Below, in pieces: positions 13,487 to 47,665 of a stretch of 64,000 nucleotides of DNA. Made by a program: the position numbers and the translations under genes. A model generated the notes under the pieces. That model made no database searches. It was not told the DNA's origin and worked only from the letters and a program-made list of their open reading frames with translations. Every line of letters begins with the position of its first letter. Position 1 is the first letter of the stretch. Source of the DNA: Chrysomallon squamiferum (lineage: Eukaryota > Animalia > Mollusca); contig CM022672.1 of assembly GCA_012295275.1 (NCBI GenBank), forward strand, positions 26,288,001-26,352,000, given 5' to 3'.

Positions 13487-16400
13487 AGAAGAAGAAGAAC
13501 TGTAACAACTACTACTACAATAAGAACAATAACAAAAAATAACAAATGAAAACAGACCATCCTTATAGAAAATTTTCATTCCATCAACATGGTCATGGCC
13601 AAAATGCATTCCAACGATGACATCGGAGAATTTTATAATGATGTCGTTAAACTTCTTATTGAATTCTGGATAAAACCACAAGAAATCGGATGGATTATGA
13701 ATACCTGATGGGACATGACCTGTCACGATGACCTGAAGCAATAATAATAATAGTAACAACAACAACAACAGTAAATAAATACATGAATGAATTTAATGAA
13801 TAATAACAAATTAAATAATTAGAAACAAAAACAAAACTAGATTATCATTAATAAATATCAACGTACATATAATCATACTACTGTAACATCGATATACCTT
13901 TCATCAAATATTGTTCAGTATATCTGTGGTCTACCTTTTCTTTCGCTAATCGTGCTGTTGTCAGGGTTTGCTCTATCCACGCGAACTGCCCGGCTGGGTC
14001 CGAATAGTTTCGTGGAGCTGTAATTTTGTCTTGTGTATAATACATGTTGGTATTCAGCGCCATGATACGAATGCCAGTAGATGTCTTCCGCGAGTAGAAA
14101 GCACCTGAGATTAAAAAGAAATGACACAGGGCCGAGCTCTATAATTTTAGAAATAAAGATTGTAATTTTAGCATCGTCAGATATTCGATTTTTTGTCTTA
14201 CTTCTTGTCACAGAGTCAAGGAATAAGAATATAACACAGCCAAGAAAAAGCATTTGTTAATTAAACGTTGTAGAATAGAAAATAGCGTAGTTAGAGATAC
14301 TAGATATACCTGCACGTTCTGTGACACATGCACACAAATACAGACACAGATGCAAACATTCTGACACATGTATGTATGCAAAGCATAAAAAACTCGAAAA
14401 AGAAACTTACGCAACAAACAAAATTACAAATAATTAAAACTAAATCATACGCTTAGTATATTAAAACCTTTTCTGAAGCGAGCTACTTCTTCTTGGTCTT
14501 TTATCCAGTCACTCCACAGCTCTGCCGTTTTGTTGTACAGGATACTGTTGTAAGGAGGAAACTGATCTGACGGCCAGTAGTCATGGTTTCCCATTGAGGC
14601 GAATACTGTAATGTTAGGGAAGTTTCGTTTAAAGATGTCAGTTATATTCTTCATGATAGCCACATTTTTGTCCACGCTGACGTATTTGTCATCTACGTGA
14701 GGCACGTTGTCACTGTATGAATAAAACATCAGCAGATCTAAAATACTGAAGTTTTAAATGTTTCATATCTTAAAAACTATCTATCTATCTATCTATCTAT
14801 CTATATATATATAATAAAAAAAATCAAAAAAATCAGTAACCAGTCATACATATTAAGTGTTTAATATCTGAAACAGCGCAAAAATACTAATGTTTTTAAT
14901 CCGAGACAACGCATAAAAAATATTAAATCTTCCGTAATGTTATCAGAAACTGTGCATGCATATATATTGTTTCATACCTAAATTAGTGCATACATATTAA
15001 TATAAATATTAATAAGTGTTATTCGTTTCATATCAGAAACAGAGCATAAATAGTAAATATTTCATAATGTTTTAACAATGTATAAATAGCATTTCCCATA
15101 TCCACCAACCAAAAAAAAATAAATAAATAATACTAATAATACTAATAATATAAATAATATTTTTAAAATAGCGCTGAAGAAATATTAAATTTTTCATAAC
15201 TAAAACACTGAAGCTTTTTTTGCTTGCCTAAGCTGAACTGTTATTAAATGTTTTCATTTCTAAAACTGGTTATATATTAAGATTTTTTAAAAATTAGGAA
15301 CTGGAAAAATAATACATATTAGATATCGAAATATTCACGTAATAACAAACATTATCGAAATACTGAAGAAATTTATAATATATACAATAATAATAAAAAA
15401 AAGAAGAAGAAGAAATGTTTTTGTATTATTATTGGAGATAGCGTTCCTGAAACATAGTGACTCAGTGATTGGTCAGTTAACCTTCCTGCCAGTTGATCTA
15501 TGACGTTGTAATCAAGAACCTAGTTTCTATTTAAAGAGAAACATTATTCCCCACGGCTAATCAAACTGTGAGTACACTTGTCCTAGCGTCAGAATTATCT
15601 GGTTTTAAACACAATGATAAATAAAATGTCGGCTTTGATTTCTTGAACATTCAAAAATACCTCAAAAGTTTCATAAATTGTGGATTATGGAATGAAATGA
15701 TGAAGAAGAAATACAAATGTTTGTAACCATAAGAATTAGATGTAACAGATACTTGTACGTTTATTTTTGTAACTTGAATGCTTTCATGCTTAACATGTTT
15801 CAACGTCATGAATTTTGACAACCACAACAAGAACGATAATAACAGAGCAACATTTCCCCAGTTGCGTGTATTAAGAAAAATATTATAAACATTGAATTTG
15901 CTGATGCTATAATGTCTATAACAATTTTTAATTCTAAGTTTAAATCGGAAAACAAGTAAAACACAAACCCAGTCCAGATAATGAAGTCAACGTCAGCTTT
16001 GATTTTCTTCATAGCGGCAACGCTGTCTTCCACCAGTTTCCATGGTGAATCACACCAGTAATCGCCGTAGATGCCACGAACTGGGACGTCCCCGTTACAC
16101 GAAAGCTTAGTACTCCAGTAAGTGAAATCGTAATGTTGATCGGTAATATGCCAGAACGAACCTGCAGAAAAAAGAGAGTAATAAAGCTCATTTTAAAATT
16201 ATATATATATATGCGCATGTATAAACATATGGAATTACTGTCACTGTGAAGGTTAGAGAGCTGATAGCAGTTATTTCGTGTATCCTGCAATGGTAAATAA
16301 AACACTAAATAAAATTAACTGTTTTATTTTTCGCTGTTCTCGAGAATAATAATTATTTAGTTGTCGTTTATAAAAACTATGCAACAGAACAAAATAGTCC

Positions 16401-17065
16401 TTAAAAATCAACAAATTATGTTATTTTTTAAAATGAAAAGAGTTCTCAAATATAATAACATATTTTGAATCAGAACGACACTAACTACACTGAATATAAT
16501 TATTTCAGATAAACAATACAACTATTAGCAATGTGTATGTGTGTGTGTTTGTACCACCTAACAACATACACATCTATATACAGAGTAATTATTGATTGTA
16601 TTCATTGTTGAACTTTTTGTTTTGGTTCATTATTAATATTATTAGAGATCGTATTCAGTAATCAATTTTAAAACAAGTCATACTCATTCATATTTCATAA
16701 TGATTTTATATGATTATTAATGATTTGTTAGTATTGTTAACTTTATCTGAGTTAGGTAAGTGTCTTGGGCAGACTGTGCAGTTGTAAATAATGTTTACCT
16801 TACGACATCGCTTATAACGTCGATTCATTAATAAATATTGTGAAATATCAAAGTACCATCAAAACTGACATTATAGTCGATCTAGATTCGTCTGAAATAC
16901 CTAACTGATAAAATTTATGAGTATTAAATATATCAGATTTATATCTGAATAATGCTATTTTCCTTTTATCCTGACGAATACACATACATTTACACGGACA
17001 TAAACATACTCCACTCGCATATACAGTAAACGAGACATACTTACAAAGAGGCAGATACTGAAAGA

Positions 17066-17123
<58 letters not shown>

Positions 17124-17728
17124 TGTCGACCGAGCTACATTTGTTTTTCATTATCCAGCTACTGTTGAAAGTGACGTATCAAATATCATTTTGTATGCTT
17201 CTCTAATCGACAAGGTACATAGTTCAAAATACTTTTCAAAAACACTAACGGTTGAATAAAGAGAAGCTTATTAAATGCAAACGCTGAACAAAACTAGTGA
17301 TAGAAGGTTAATTAAATCATACTTACAGTATCTTTCATTATGCTCTTAGGAAGCAATTCAATCATATCGCTTTAGTTAAATCAAATTTTTAATTGAAAAA
17401 GTTAAATAGCTTTTAAGAAACCGCTTTGAATGTGAACGTAAATTTAGATTTTTATTAGTAACAAACAAACAAAACAAAATCTTAGTGTAAGAACTGTTAG
17501 TACGATTCTGAAGTGTTATGCTGTCTGAACCGGAATTAAATAAAAATACATAATAATAAAATAATAATAACTGTTAAATGGAAACAAATGAAAACAATGA
17601 AATTAAAGAAAATACAAGTTAAAATCTTAGTATTCAGTCAAAAACTTTTACCAAAACCTACCTTCATCCGCTGAGTAACAGCTGACAACAGCAAATATGA
17701 AGAGAACAAAACCAGGAATTAACTTCAT
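12626..17728 (-). CDS. SMPDL3B: Acid sphingomyelinase-like phosphodiesterase 3 (SMPDL3B/3A-like), complete 6-exon gene: join(17662-17728,15969-16161,14468-14712,13935-14104,13558-13732,12626-13143), 1368 nt = 455 aa + stop
   Basis: All introns are GT-AG and phase-compatible. Calcineurin-like metallophosphoesterase motifs appear in SMPDL3 order: FWHITDQHYD, GDYWCDSPW, WTGDNVPH, MGNHDYWP, LNTNMYY, DPAGQFAW, VTGHVP, FGHDHVD, APSITPW, NPGIRIVKYD. There is an N-terminal signal peptide, no saposin domain (so not SMPD1), and a hydrophobic C-terminus. The A versus B assignment is inferred from the tail only. Confidence 0.93.
13307..13470 (+). repeat. ~150-bp dispersed repeat, copy 1 (SMPDL3 intron 5)
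   Basis: Near-identical to 42966-43110. Confidence 0.9.
13558..13732 (-). CDS. SMPDL3B: SMPDL3 exon 5 (VIVTGHVPSG...FGHDHVDG...YKDG)
   Basis: Acceptor ttcag|, GH and GHxH metal ligands, donor G|GTCTGT. Confidence 0.93.
13935..14104 (-). CDS. SMPDL3B: SMPDL3 exon 4 (GAFYS...LNTNMYY...DPAGQFAW...KEK)
   Basis: Acceptor ctcag|, donor AAG|GTAGAC. Confidence 0.93.
14468..14712 (-). CDS. SMPDL3B: SMPDL3 exon 3 (DNVPH...GNHDYWPSDQF...RFRKG)
   Basis: Acceptor tacag|, GNHD motif, donor G|GTTTTA. Confidence 0.93.
15969..16161 (-). CDS. SMPDL3B: SMPDL3 exon 2 (GSFWHITDQHYDF...DFIIWTG)
   Basis: Acceptor ctgcag|, DxH metal motif, donor GG|GTTTGT. Confidence 0.93.
17071..17120. repeat. (AG)n microsatellite
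   Basis: Direct reading. Confidence 0.95.
17662..17728 (-). CDS. SMPDL3B: SMPDL3 exon 1 (signal peptide MKLIPGFVLFIFAVVSCYSADE)
   Basis: ATG at 17728 in AAGATGA context, hydrophobic signal peptide, donor G|GTAGGT (phase 1). Confidence 0.88.
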
Positions 17729-18238
17729 CTTTGCAGCGGACTTACTTGAAGACCGATCCACAACGACAGATGATCTGACCTCGAATTTAACAGTTTTATC
17801 TCTTAGCGAAATCACTATCCACCTGACGTTGTACAAAAACATATATGGGTCAAAATCTCAAAGTTATTTTGTCAGCAATGAAGTGTTGACAGATATATTG
17901 CTTATCATTAGATCAGTTACTGCTATTCTCATTTTCTGAATTGTTATTTTGTTCCAGAAATAGATGTATGTGAACAGCATGCACTGAAATATTTATCTTC
18001 ATCCACAGATTTTGTTTTCATTTCAGCAACTTCAGATATGTTTTGAAAGGGTCAAAATACTTATTCCTGAACGAAATAAGATATAATTTTAAAGCTGAGC
18101 TTGTTTACTGACGGAATTATAATGATGTGATGTGAATGTTAACAAACAAAATAAGATTGTACAGTATAGGAGAGAATTAGGACAGTAAAGTTATAAAGGA
18201 TTTGTCATAATAAATAATTATCCATCTGTCTGTTTGTT

Positions 18239-18341
<103 letters not shown>

Positions 18342-19104
18342 ATATTTATCTGTCTGTAAGTATCTGTCTATCTATTTGCCCATCACATTCTATCTACACC
18401 GAAAGACATATATATGCCACAGAAAAAAATTAAGTTAAAAATCGAAAAAGAAAAACAAGAAGGCTTTCACACTTCATATAATACATTTGTTCATTAAAAC
18501 GAATAATAATAATAATAATTTAACAGTGAATATTCATTTAATATAAACGTGTAAACTTTTTTAATGGCTTTAGCTGAGGAATGTGTGGAGATGCAGTCTT
18601 GTATAAATGAGGAAAAATATTTCACAGTTGTGTATTATAGAAAAGAATGGCACAGATATGAATCTAAAACATGTAGGTGTGGCTGTCATAGTACAAATGT
18701 ATCTTGTGAATAGTTTTATAATTATACTGGTGTGTAAAAAGAAATACATAATAATAATAATAATAACAGAATAAAATAAACAAATAAAATAAAATAAAAC
18801 AGGAAATAAAATTCTTAATATAAGTGACGTCATCGTTGTCACTGTGACAAAAATCCGTCTCAACACCATCCATCTTAAATTGTAGTGATGTCACTAGATA
18901 CATTACATAAAGTACTTAAAAATTGCTGAAAAAGCTGTTTATTTTATTTTCACGTCATATTTCAGTCAAATATCTTGTTTTTTTAAATTATTATTATAAC
19001 ACCAAATATAACATCTTAATGTCTAGCTTGTCGGCATTATGTAAAATATACTGGATCGACATCAGGCAAATGGTTACGAGCCTGTGATTATAAAGACATA
19101 TCTG

Positions 19105-19305
19105 GGGTTTTTAAACGAGTTTTATTTAACGATATCAGACAGTGGGCTATGGGTCACTGAGATAAATGCATATGTAAGCTTTTTAAACGAAAGTATTATT
19201 TAACGACACGAGACAATGGACTTTGAGTCAACTGTATAAATATATTTGTAGGGATTTTATAAAGAGTTTTATTTAACATTATACACAACGGACGTTAAGA
19301 CAATG
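19105..19305. repeat. Degenerate ~74-bp tandem repeat, about 3 copies
   Basis: tttt(a)aacgag.tttatttaac...gaca(g/a)tgg recurs near 19108, 19181 and 19255. Confidence 0.65.
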
Positions 19306-21034
19306 GTTTTCGCGCTCACCCTTATATGTGATCTGAGCATATTTGACTATTATCTGACCTGGTACATTCTTCACAATTAATTATCAAAGATCACTAGGTA
19401 TGGGAAGGCCATTATAAATTATAAGTTAGTGCTAACCAATAACAGCAGTGTCGGAAAATACTAATGTGTCGTTATTGTGTTTATTCATTTATTGGCCGCT
19501 GTTTTCCAAACGTTCGAAGAATCGACACAAAACGTTTCAGAAAAAACCTGCTACATTTTCATCAACATCAAGGAATCTTTTTTACTGTATTCATTTCACA
19601 ACTGATAGTATAATATGCATCACTGACATGCAGTTTTGGGGATATATACAAGATCTCTTACTTCTAATTGAAAAAAATGTAGTGCATGGCATGCTTTCTC
19701 GGGTTTCATCTCTCTTTAATAGTGCCATAAACCACATATAAGAAGTCATGTATAGCAGATTACAGATGTGCTGAGTGCGGTTTTAAATATATTTGTTTGT
19801 TCTCCTTTTTTATGTATCGTCATTAACAAACACAAGCACGCATACAAACAAACTGAACAAAGACAAAAACAAAGACAAATAAATTCCAAAGAACAATCGT
19901 TTAACTGCATTTTCTGTATTTGACAAAGAAATGTTTAAAACACCTTGGAAATAATTAATTGCAACAACGGCTGCTATCGGAGTGGTTTCACGTTTTAGCT
20001 ATAGGATATATTTATTATTTATTTCTCTAGGGGAGACAACATAAACAACTATAAAATTATATTATAGTTATGTCCCTTGTTCTATTTGTTTAGTTAAGTA
20101 TTAGACAACAAACAAACAAACAAACAAACAACAAAAAACTATAAAAAAAACCACAAAAAACAACAACAATAAAACTTTGTCTATTAATTTTTGCATGTAT
20201 GTGTGTGAGAGTCCCTGTGCATTGTATTCGTGACAAAATCAGTAACTAATTCTAAATTAAGGAATATCGTTAATTACAAAGCAATAAAATATTACAATTA
20301 AAAATATATTTACCTAACTGCTCTCTGTTTTAGGGAATCTTTGTTCAGATTTGTTAACGTTGTACAAACACAGATTTTTCACTTGTGTTCTAGGTTTATA
20401 ATAACACTAGCAGCAGTAGTGCGGTTCTAGTTGTAGCGGAAGTAGTAGTAGTAGCAGTAACAACATCAACAACAACAACAAAAAAAACAGACATTTATCT
20501 TGGCTATTATTAATATTAGAAATATGTGTTTTGGGAGTGACACGCTTACTTATCATTTAAGAAGCAATGACTTCATTTTTTATCTGTCGGGATACTGCAT
20601 TTAGAGCAGAGGCTATTTTTGGAATGAAGACAACACCTATTCGGGTGAACCCTTTTTCTATTTATAAAAAGAGGAAATTCTCGTTTACTACGTCATAATA
20701 TCATTAATCTCCATACAGCAAGTGATGTATAAGTAAAACGATTTAATTTGAAAAAATTGTTTTTGATGTTTACATATTTATATTTATTTTCATTATCATT
20801 ATACCAAAGACGATACCACCTCTATAAAATCAGGAGAACATAACAAATTTCTGATTTAATATTTTTAATATTAGTATTTTTATTTTTGAACAGGATTACA
20901 TATCAATAAAATTAATGGAAAGTAAATGTATATTTGCATGTTTGCACGCGCGAGTGTGAGACAGTGAGAAAAGAGGAAAGAATGATAAAAGATATTTATT
21001 ATTAGGTTGGACTTCGACATTTTTAAAAATTAAA

Positions 21035-21039
21035 GATAG

Positions 21040-21116
<77 letters not shown>
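21035..21116. repeat. (GATA)n(GA)n microsatellite
   Basis: Direct reading. Confidence 0.95.
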
Positions 21117-21120
<4 letters not shown>

Positions 21121-21510
21121 CAGAAAAATGTTCTGCTGTGTATGTATGTATGTGTGTGTGTATTATATATAATTATTCGTGTAGTTTATAGATCATAAAT
21201 TAGTTTCAGGATATATATGAAATTAATATACGATTGATAAATTTGAGCAAGAATCACATAATTTATAATAAATTTTAAATTTAGAAATATGGATGAGAAT
21301 TAAGTGTCTGTAGATTTTTAAAATTGTCACGATGTTTCTTAAGCTTAACATATCAAGGCATTTTCTCTAATAATTATTTATTATTATTTTACTTGTTATT
21401 AAATTAGACCAAATGCATATATTTGATGTTTTTAATATTCTCGTACAAAATCATTCTGCTTAACATTTATGTAATGTATAGAAAATATCTTTTGTCTTTA
21501 TGGGACATAA

Positions 21511-21542
21511 TACGCATGCGTAAAGATCTGTCAAGATGGCGG
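21511..21542 (+). promoter_or_regulatory. SLK promoter motifs: NRF1-like palindrome TACGCATGCGTA (21511-21522) and YY1-type CAAGATGGCGG (21532-21542)
   Basis: Both motifs are read directly about 200-230 nt upstream of the SLK ATG and are typical of animal housekeeping promoters. Confidence 0.6.
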
Positions 21543-21743
21543 ATGTGAAGTGTGAAAAAGACATTAGAAATAATACTGGATATAATATGTTCAGTTTTTG
21601 CACACTTAATGACTGTATCATTTGTTCATTGGCTATTTCCGGGTAGAAAATTTATTAACTGTTGATTGCACTTGCAGATAAATAATGGATTTAAGTTATA
21701 TATAAACATTTTACTACGAATGTGATTAAAATAGAACTGCAAC

Positions 21744-42404
<20,661 letters not shown>

Positions 42405-42965
42405 GTAGGTGATTTTTTATTAAATTAAAAATGGTACTCTATTTAGATAAAACAACATACTACAAATAGTATAGTTGTCACCAAAAAGATTGTCAAATGT
42501 TGGAAGTATTCCTCATTTGCTTATCAACAGCAAAATTACAAAAAAAAAAAAAAAAAAAAAATGATTATGAAATTTTAAGGCTGAAGATTTAAATCTATAC
42601 TTGTATATATAAAAATGGTTTAATCTGTTATTGATTTGGAAGAGTGGGCTGATTTTACAATTTATCCATTCTTGGTATAGTCTCTGAAAGTATATAGTTT
42701 AGTATAACAACATATACACACCTTGGTGTATTTACACAACTGCTTTTTGTTTCATTTTTATATTTATATTAAATATACTCCACTTATTAAATTGCTGATT
42801 AAAATGCATTGTAATATTAAAACACTGACAAGCAACATCACTACATGCATACTTTTCAAAAAGATACCTTATCTTGCTTAGAAATGTACATTAACAGATT
42901 ACAAGAAGAAATCATGGGTAGGTTTTAATTAGATATTGGTTCCTGATGGTTTATCTTAAAATATG

Positions 42966-43110
42966 AAAGTAAAATGATCCTATGTTTATTCTTATGCAGT
43001 TTGAACTATTCATTTTATAGTAGCTGACATTTCATTTTATAATTTTATTATTATTATTAAATGTTTTATAGAGGTGAAGAAAAAAATTGATGATGATGAT
43101 AATAATAATA
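42966..43110 (+). repeat. ~150-bp dispersed repeat, copy 2 (SLK intron 13)
   Basis: Shares cttatgcagtttgaactattcattttata..tagctgacatttcattttataattttattattattattaaat..ggtgaagaaaaaaa.ttgatgat with 13307-13470. Confidence 0.9.
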
Positions 43111-43588
43111 ACAAAAACTTAAGCTGAGAAATGTAGGTTATAAATAATACTATGAATTCCAGATCAACTAATTGTATTAGATATTTATAGCTTCTATTTC
43201 TCAATCCTTTTTTTTTTTTTTTAAATTTATGTTTTATGCATACTTTATTCAAAAAGATAAGAAACAGCTTTTCTTTTTCTTAATCTGACAGACTTTGAAG
43301 TAATTACATGACTCTGGCCTTTTATCAGTAGTTTCAGATTGTTGCTTGAAAGAAATAAACATGTTGAAAAAGTGATTTATTACTTACACATGACAATTTG
43401 TGGAAGTTTGAAGTTTGTAATTGCATGTTTTGTGTCAGTCTTGCTATATCTGGTTGTATTATTTCTGAGAAAAAATCAGCCACCCGTGAAGATGTCAGAT
43501 TTTATTTTTTTTTTTACTTACACTGTTGTGTTGAAATAGTAAAACTGTATGAAAAGGTACAGATTCAGAACAGTCTTTTTATTTCGAA

Positions 43589-43620
43589 ATGGAATTTAAT
43601 GAAATTGATGACATGTTAAG
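43589..43620 (+). CDS. Candidate short alternative first coding exon of SLK (MEFNEIDDML-R)
   Basis: GAAATGG start context, upstream in-frame stop, donor TAAG|GTAAAA in phase 2. Confidence 0.3.
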
Positions 43621-46600
43621 GTAAAAACAGTACATCTATTTGTTTAAGGATTTTTAAATTTTGTTTATTTTTATTTATCTGAAGCAGATTATCCTTTAAT
43701 ACTGGTGAAATTGAAGTTCTTTTTATTATTTTCTTTATTTGGTTTGGAAAATGTAGTTTCATATTTTTTCATTTTAATTCAGGCACTTAGCTTTCTGTTA
43801 CTTTTATAGCAAACTTGTTGAACCATGTTATTAAAGAAACAGAATCCTGAATCAAGAATTTGATTTACTTATATAAAGAGAAAAGATTTCACTGTATCAT
43901 TTTCTTTCTTTTTTTGCTTTTTTCTTCCCCTGTCATTCTCTTTAATCCTCTTTCTCTTGTTCTCTATTTTTCAGTTTTTTCTACCTATGTCATTAAACAT
44001 TCATGGATTCTTTCATCAATTTCTGTCTTGTCTCTGTTTTATTGTTATGAGCAAGTAAATGGTGTAACAGTGAAAGGGTATCAATGTATTCAACATCTTT
44101 AACCTAATAATCAACTCAATTTGTTTTATGAGCAATGTCGTGTTAATTTAGTTGGTTTTCGGAGGATTCACTTATTTACTACGATGGTAAAACTGCAGCT
44201 AATCAATACTTTGTGGACAGATAATTTTTTAGGGGAGGGATCTGTTAGTTTTGAAAGAGTACAAATTTACTTTGTGGAGATTACTGTTGACTCTAACTTT
44301 CATTCTGGTCATAAGATCTTTTTTCATCATACTTGATACTAGCTGGCTGTGAAGTCTCACATACTGAGCTTCAGGCTAGTTGACTTTTGCCAGAGTTTGA
44401 AAATATTCTCTTTCTTCAATTACTCAGAAATTGTAACCAATCCTGATTAATACACAGACTCTGAAGAGGTTTAAAGCAACTTAATACTTAGATATATGAC
44501 AAGTATCAGAAATCTTTCAAAATCTTTGTTGTCTATAACTTCCCCCATCAAGTATATGAATTATGTTTGAATTCCAGATCATTTTCCTTGAGATTATTAG
44601 GCAATGAAGAAATAAGTAATTTGTCAATAGATAGCTTTTTTATTTTGAAAGTAAAACAAACTTCCCCATACTACTGAAAATCAGAATAAGAAAAAACTAC
44701 AAAAATCCCATAATCAAGTTCTGTCTGATCCTTTGATAATTTTATTTACTAAATGAAATATTAAAGATTCATTCAAATAACACATTGACATCTTTCAGAA
44801 TGTACAACTGAATATAAACATTATAGTCTGGTATTTATTTATTTATTCATTTATTGATTAAATTTCTGGAACAACTTCTTTTGTTTTTAATTAATGTTAA
44901 TAAAGTTTATTTTTTGAATTCTTCATATTATCTACTATTTGTTTCATTTGGCAAGATTTGACCTAACTTGATCCTGTCCAGTTCAGCCTATTATTTATGT
45001 AATTTGTGGCATCCCATTATGATGTATTATTGTAAAACTAGACCTAGCAGATTCATGTGAGATCTGTGTGTTTACTCTGCCTTTATTCAGGATTTCAGAC
45101 ACAAATAATGACTTGCAGGATCAATACAGTCCAATTTTTGGAAGCAATAGTTGTGTATTAATGCTCATCTCAATGAGTACTTCTATGATTTGGCTGACCT
45201 TGCACAGTTTTCATGGGTGTATCTATGAGCATATTATGGGAAGCATTGTAATACGAACAGAATGCACATTTGCTGTCAGGCTGGGGGAAAAATAATTATT
45301 ATTTTATATTTGTCATGTAAAAACAAGAATATTTTGAAAATTAATATAATACAATCTGAATTTTATCATATTTATAAGTTAACTAGAATAATCAGTTAAT
45401 TTCACCAAAGACTAAACATAACAGATTAATGTCTGGACTGCAATTTATTTTTGTTTAACTTTTAAAATTATTTATTTGATAAATACATGCAGATATATAT
45501 TTCCTGCCAGAGACAATCATAGGGACATTTTTTTAACTAGTTAATATTAACTGATTTTCTGATGAAATATTATTTGATTTGTAATAAAATAATGATATAA
45601 AATTGAGAAAATAAACTTTTAAAACTAATTTGAAACAACAGATAAAATCATAGATAAAATAATTACATAATTAATGTACATATTTCCATAAACATTATTT
45701 AAATCAGTAATAAGATCATCAGATAGAGTCAGTCAGTGTCTGACAGTAACTAGCTTTTAAGAAATAGATAATATATTTCAAGAAAATGTTCTGCACTAGG
45801 TATGCTATTATTGGCCACATTAATCTGTTGTATTGGGTCAATTGGCCAAAATGGACAGTGCATGACAAAATGAAGAATGATTATCATCAAGATAGATTCA
45901 TCTGATTAGATAAAGTTCCTCATGGGACTTGCAGGTCCATTACCACTAATGACCCATCATTCCATACAGTTTGGCTTGTAATCCTGCTTTATTACACTGT
46001 TACTTTTGTAGTCTGGTCATTTTTCCATCGGTCAGTTAGGAATTACTTCTGGTTTTATTCATAGTGAGATAACAGTCCAATGAATTGTCTATTATTTTGT
46101 TGGTTATGGTAAATCCTTCTATTTAAAAGCAATTGAAACAATATTTAACATTATGCTTCTGACATTTTATTTATTGTTATTTTTTTTATATTTAATTGCT
46201 GTTATAATTATCTAATTCAACAGACACTCAGGATTAATTTTATCACTGTATTTCTTACTTGGCTGAATGAAGTTAGATAAATATATATTTATATTAACAT
46301 ACTAATGAAAATTCTCTAAAACTATTTATATAATATATATGTTATCTATATTCTTCAACTTTAGATATATAAATGTTATGAAAATTGATATTCTGTTAAT
46401 CAGTAAATGTGTCAATAAACTGTTTATTTAAAATACGTAGACACATGGTGTTATGCATCTGATGAGAAAATCAATATGTGTTGTTATGAATGCTGCCATA
46501 TTTTGATTCATGTCATATAACAGTAATTAAAACTATATTTCTGAAATCTGTATTTGTAAAGCTGCTGCAGTGTACAGATAGTTCCTATGTAAACCATTCA

Positions 46601-47665
46601 TCATGAACTGGTCAGTGGTATTAAATGTTTGATTGGTACGTCATGATTTTGTTGTTAGTCTTCATCTTTTAAGAATCAGAAGTAAGAAGTAAGTCTACTA
46701 CATGCAGACTTCTCACTGAATAGCCATTAGTGTTCAGTAATTGATTGCTTTCTCCATCTGAGATGAATCTACAGTATAAATTAAGACTTGACAGATGCCT
46801 TATGAATCATCAGTTTGAAATGCATGGGTATTTGGTATGAATGATACAGAAGGAAATCAATTTAAACTTATCTATGCAAGACTTAATAAACAATAAATTG
46901 ATCTCTGTGGGTAATGATACAAGTTAACATGAAATAATGGTCATCTTTCTTATATATTTATTATTTATTAGGTATTTTTGTATGTATGTGTGGATTTTTA
47001 AAGGATTTATTGACAAATTTTGTTTCATGGTATAAAGAGATTTATCAGCAAAATGATAGATGGCAGATCAATCTGTTGCCAGTGAACTTATTGGGTTGTT
47101 TCCATTCCAGATTCTGCCCCATCTGTGGGAAAATACATACAAATAATCAGAAAGAGTAGCCCAAGTAGTGGTGATAAAGTCACTGCTTTCTTGTATATAT
47201 TTTATTTTTATATAAAATTTATAATGTTTTATTAAATGATCATTCATCATTTATTTGTATAGTTTCATCACTGAAACATCCAAATATGTTAAATGAAAGA
47301 ATAAATTAAAAACTAATTATATATGTGTGTGTGAATAAATAAACATTTCCAGAGAAACAAAAATTCTGGATTTCTGCTTGATTTTATTCCACCTCTATGA
47401 TTTGATATGAGTAGCAAGATAAGTAGAGACGTGCAGTCAAAAAAATTTTAAATAAAATATTAAAATGATCAGTTAGTACATGATGATTATGAATACTGAA
47501 CTAAATCATAACTATCTTATTACATAAACAATATTTTAAAATCAGAATAACAAAAAAATTATTTTAATAATTAAAAAACATTTTAATTCTTTTTTTTTCC
47601 CTTTCTTTTTTTCCAACAGTAACTTAATAATTCTTCTTTTATTTAACCCAGTTTTTAACTTCGGA

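Noticed and set aside
12626-17728. Assignment as acid sphingomyelinase SMPD1
   Set aside because: No saposin-B domain; the catalytic domain starts directly after the signal peptide.
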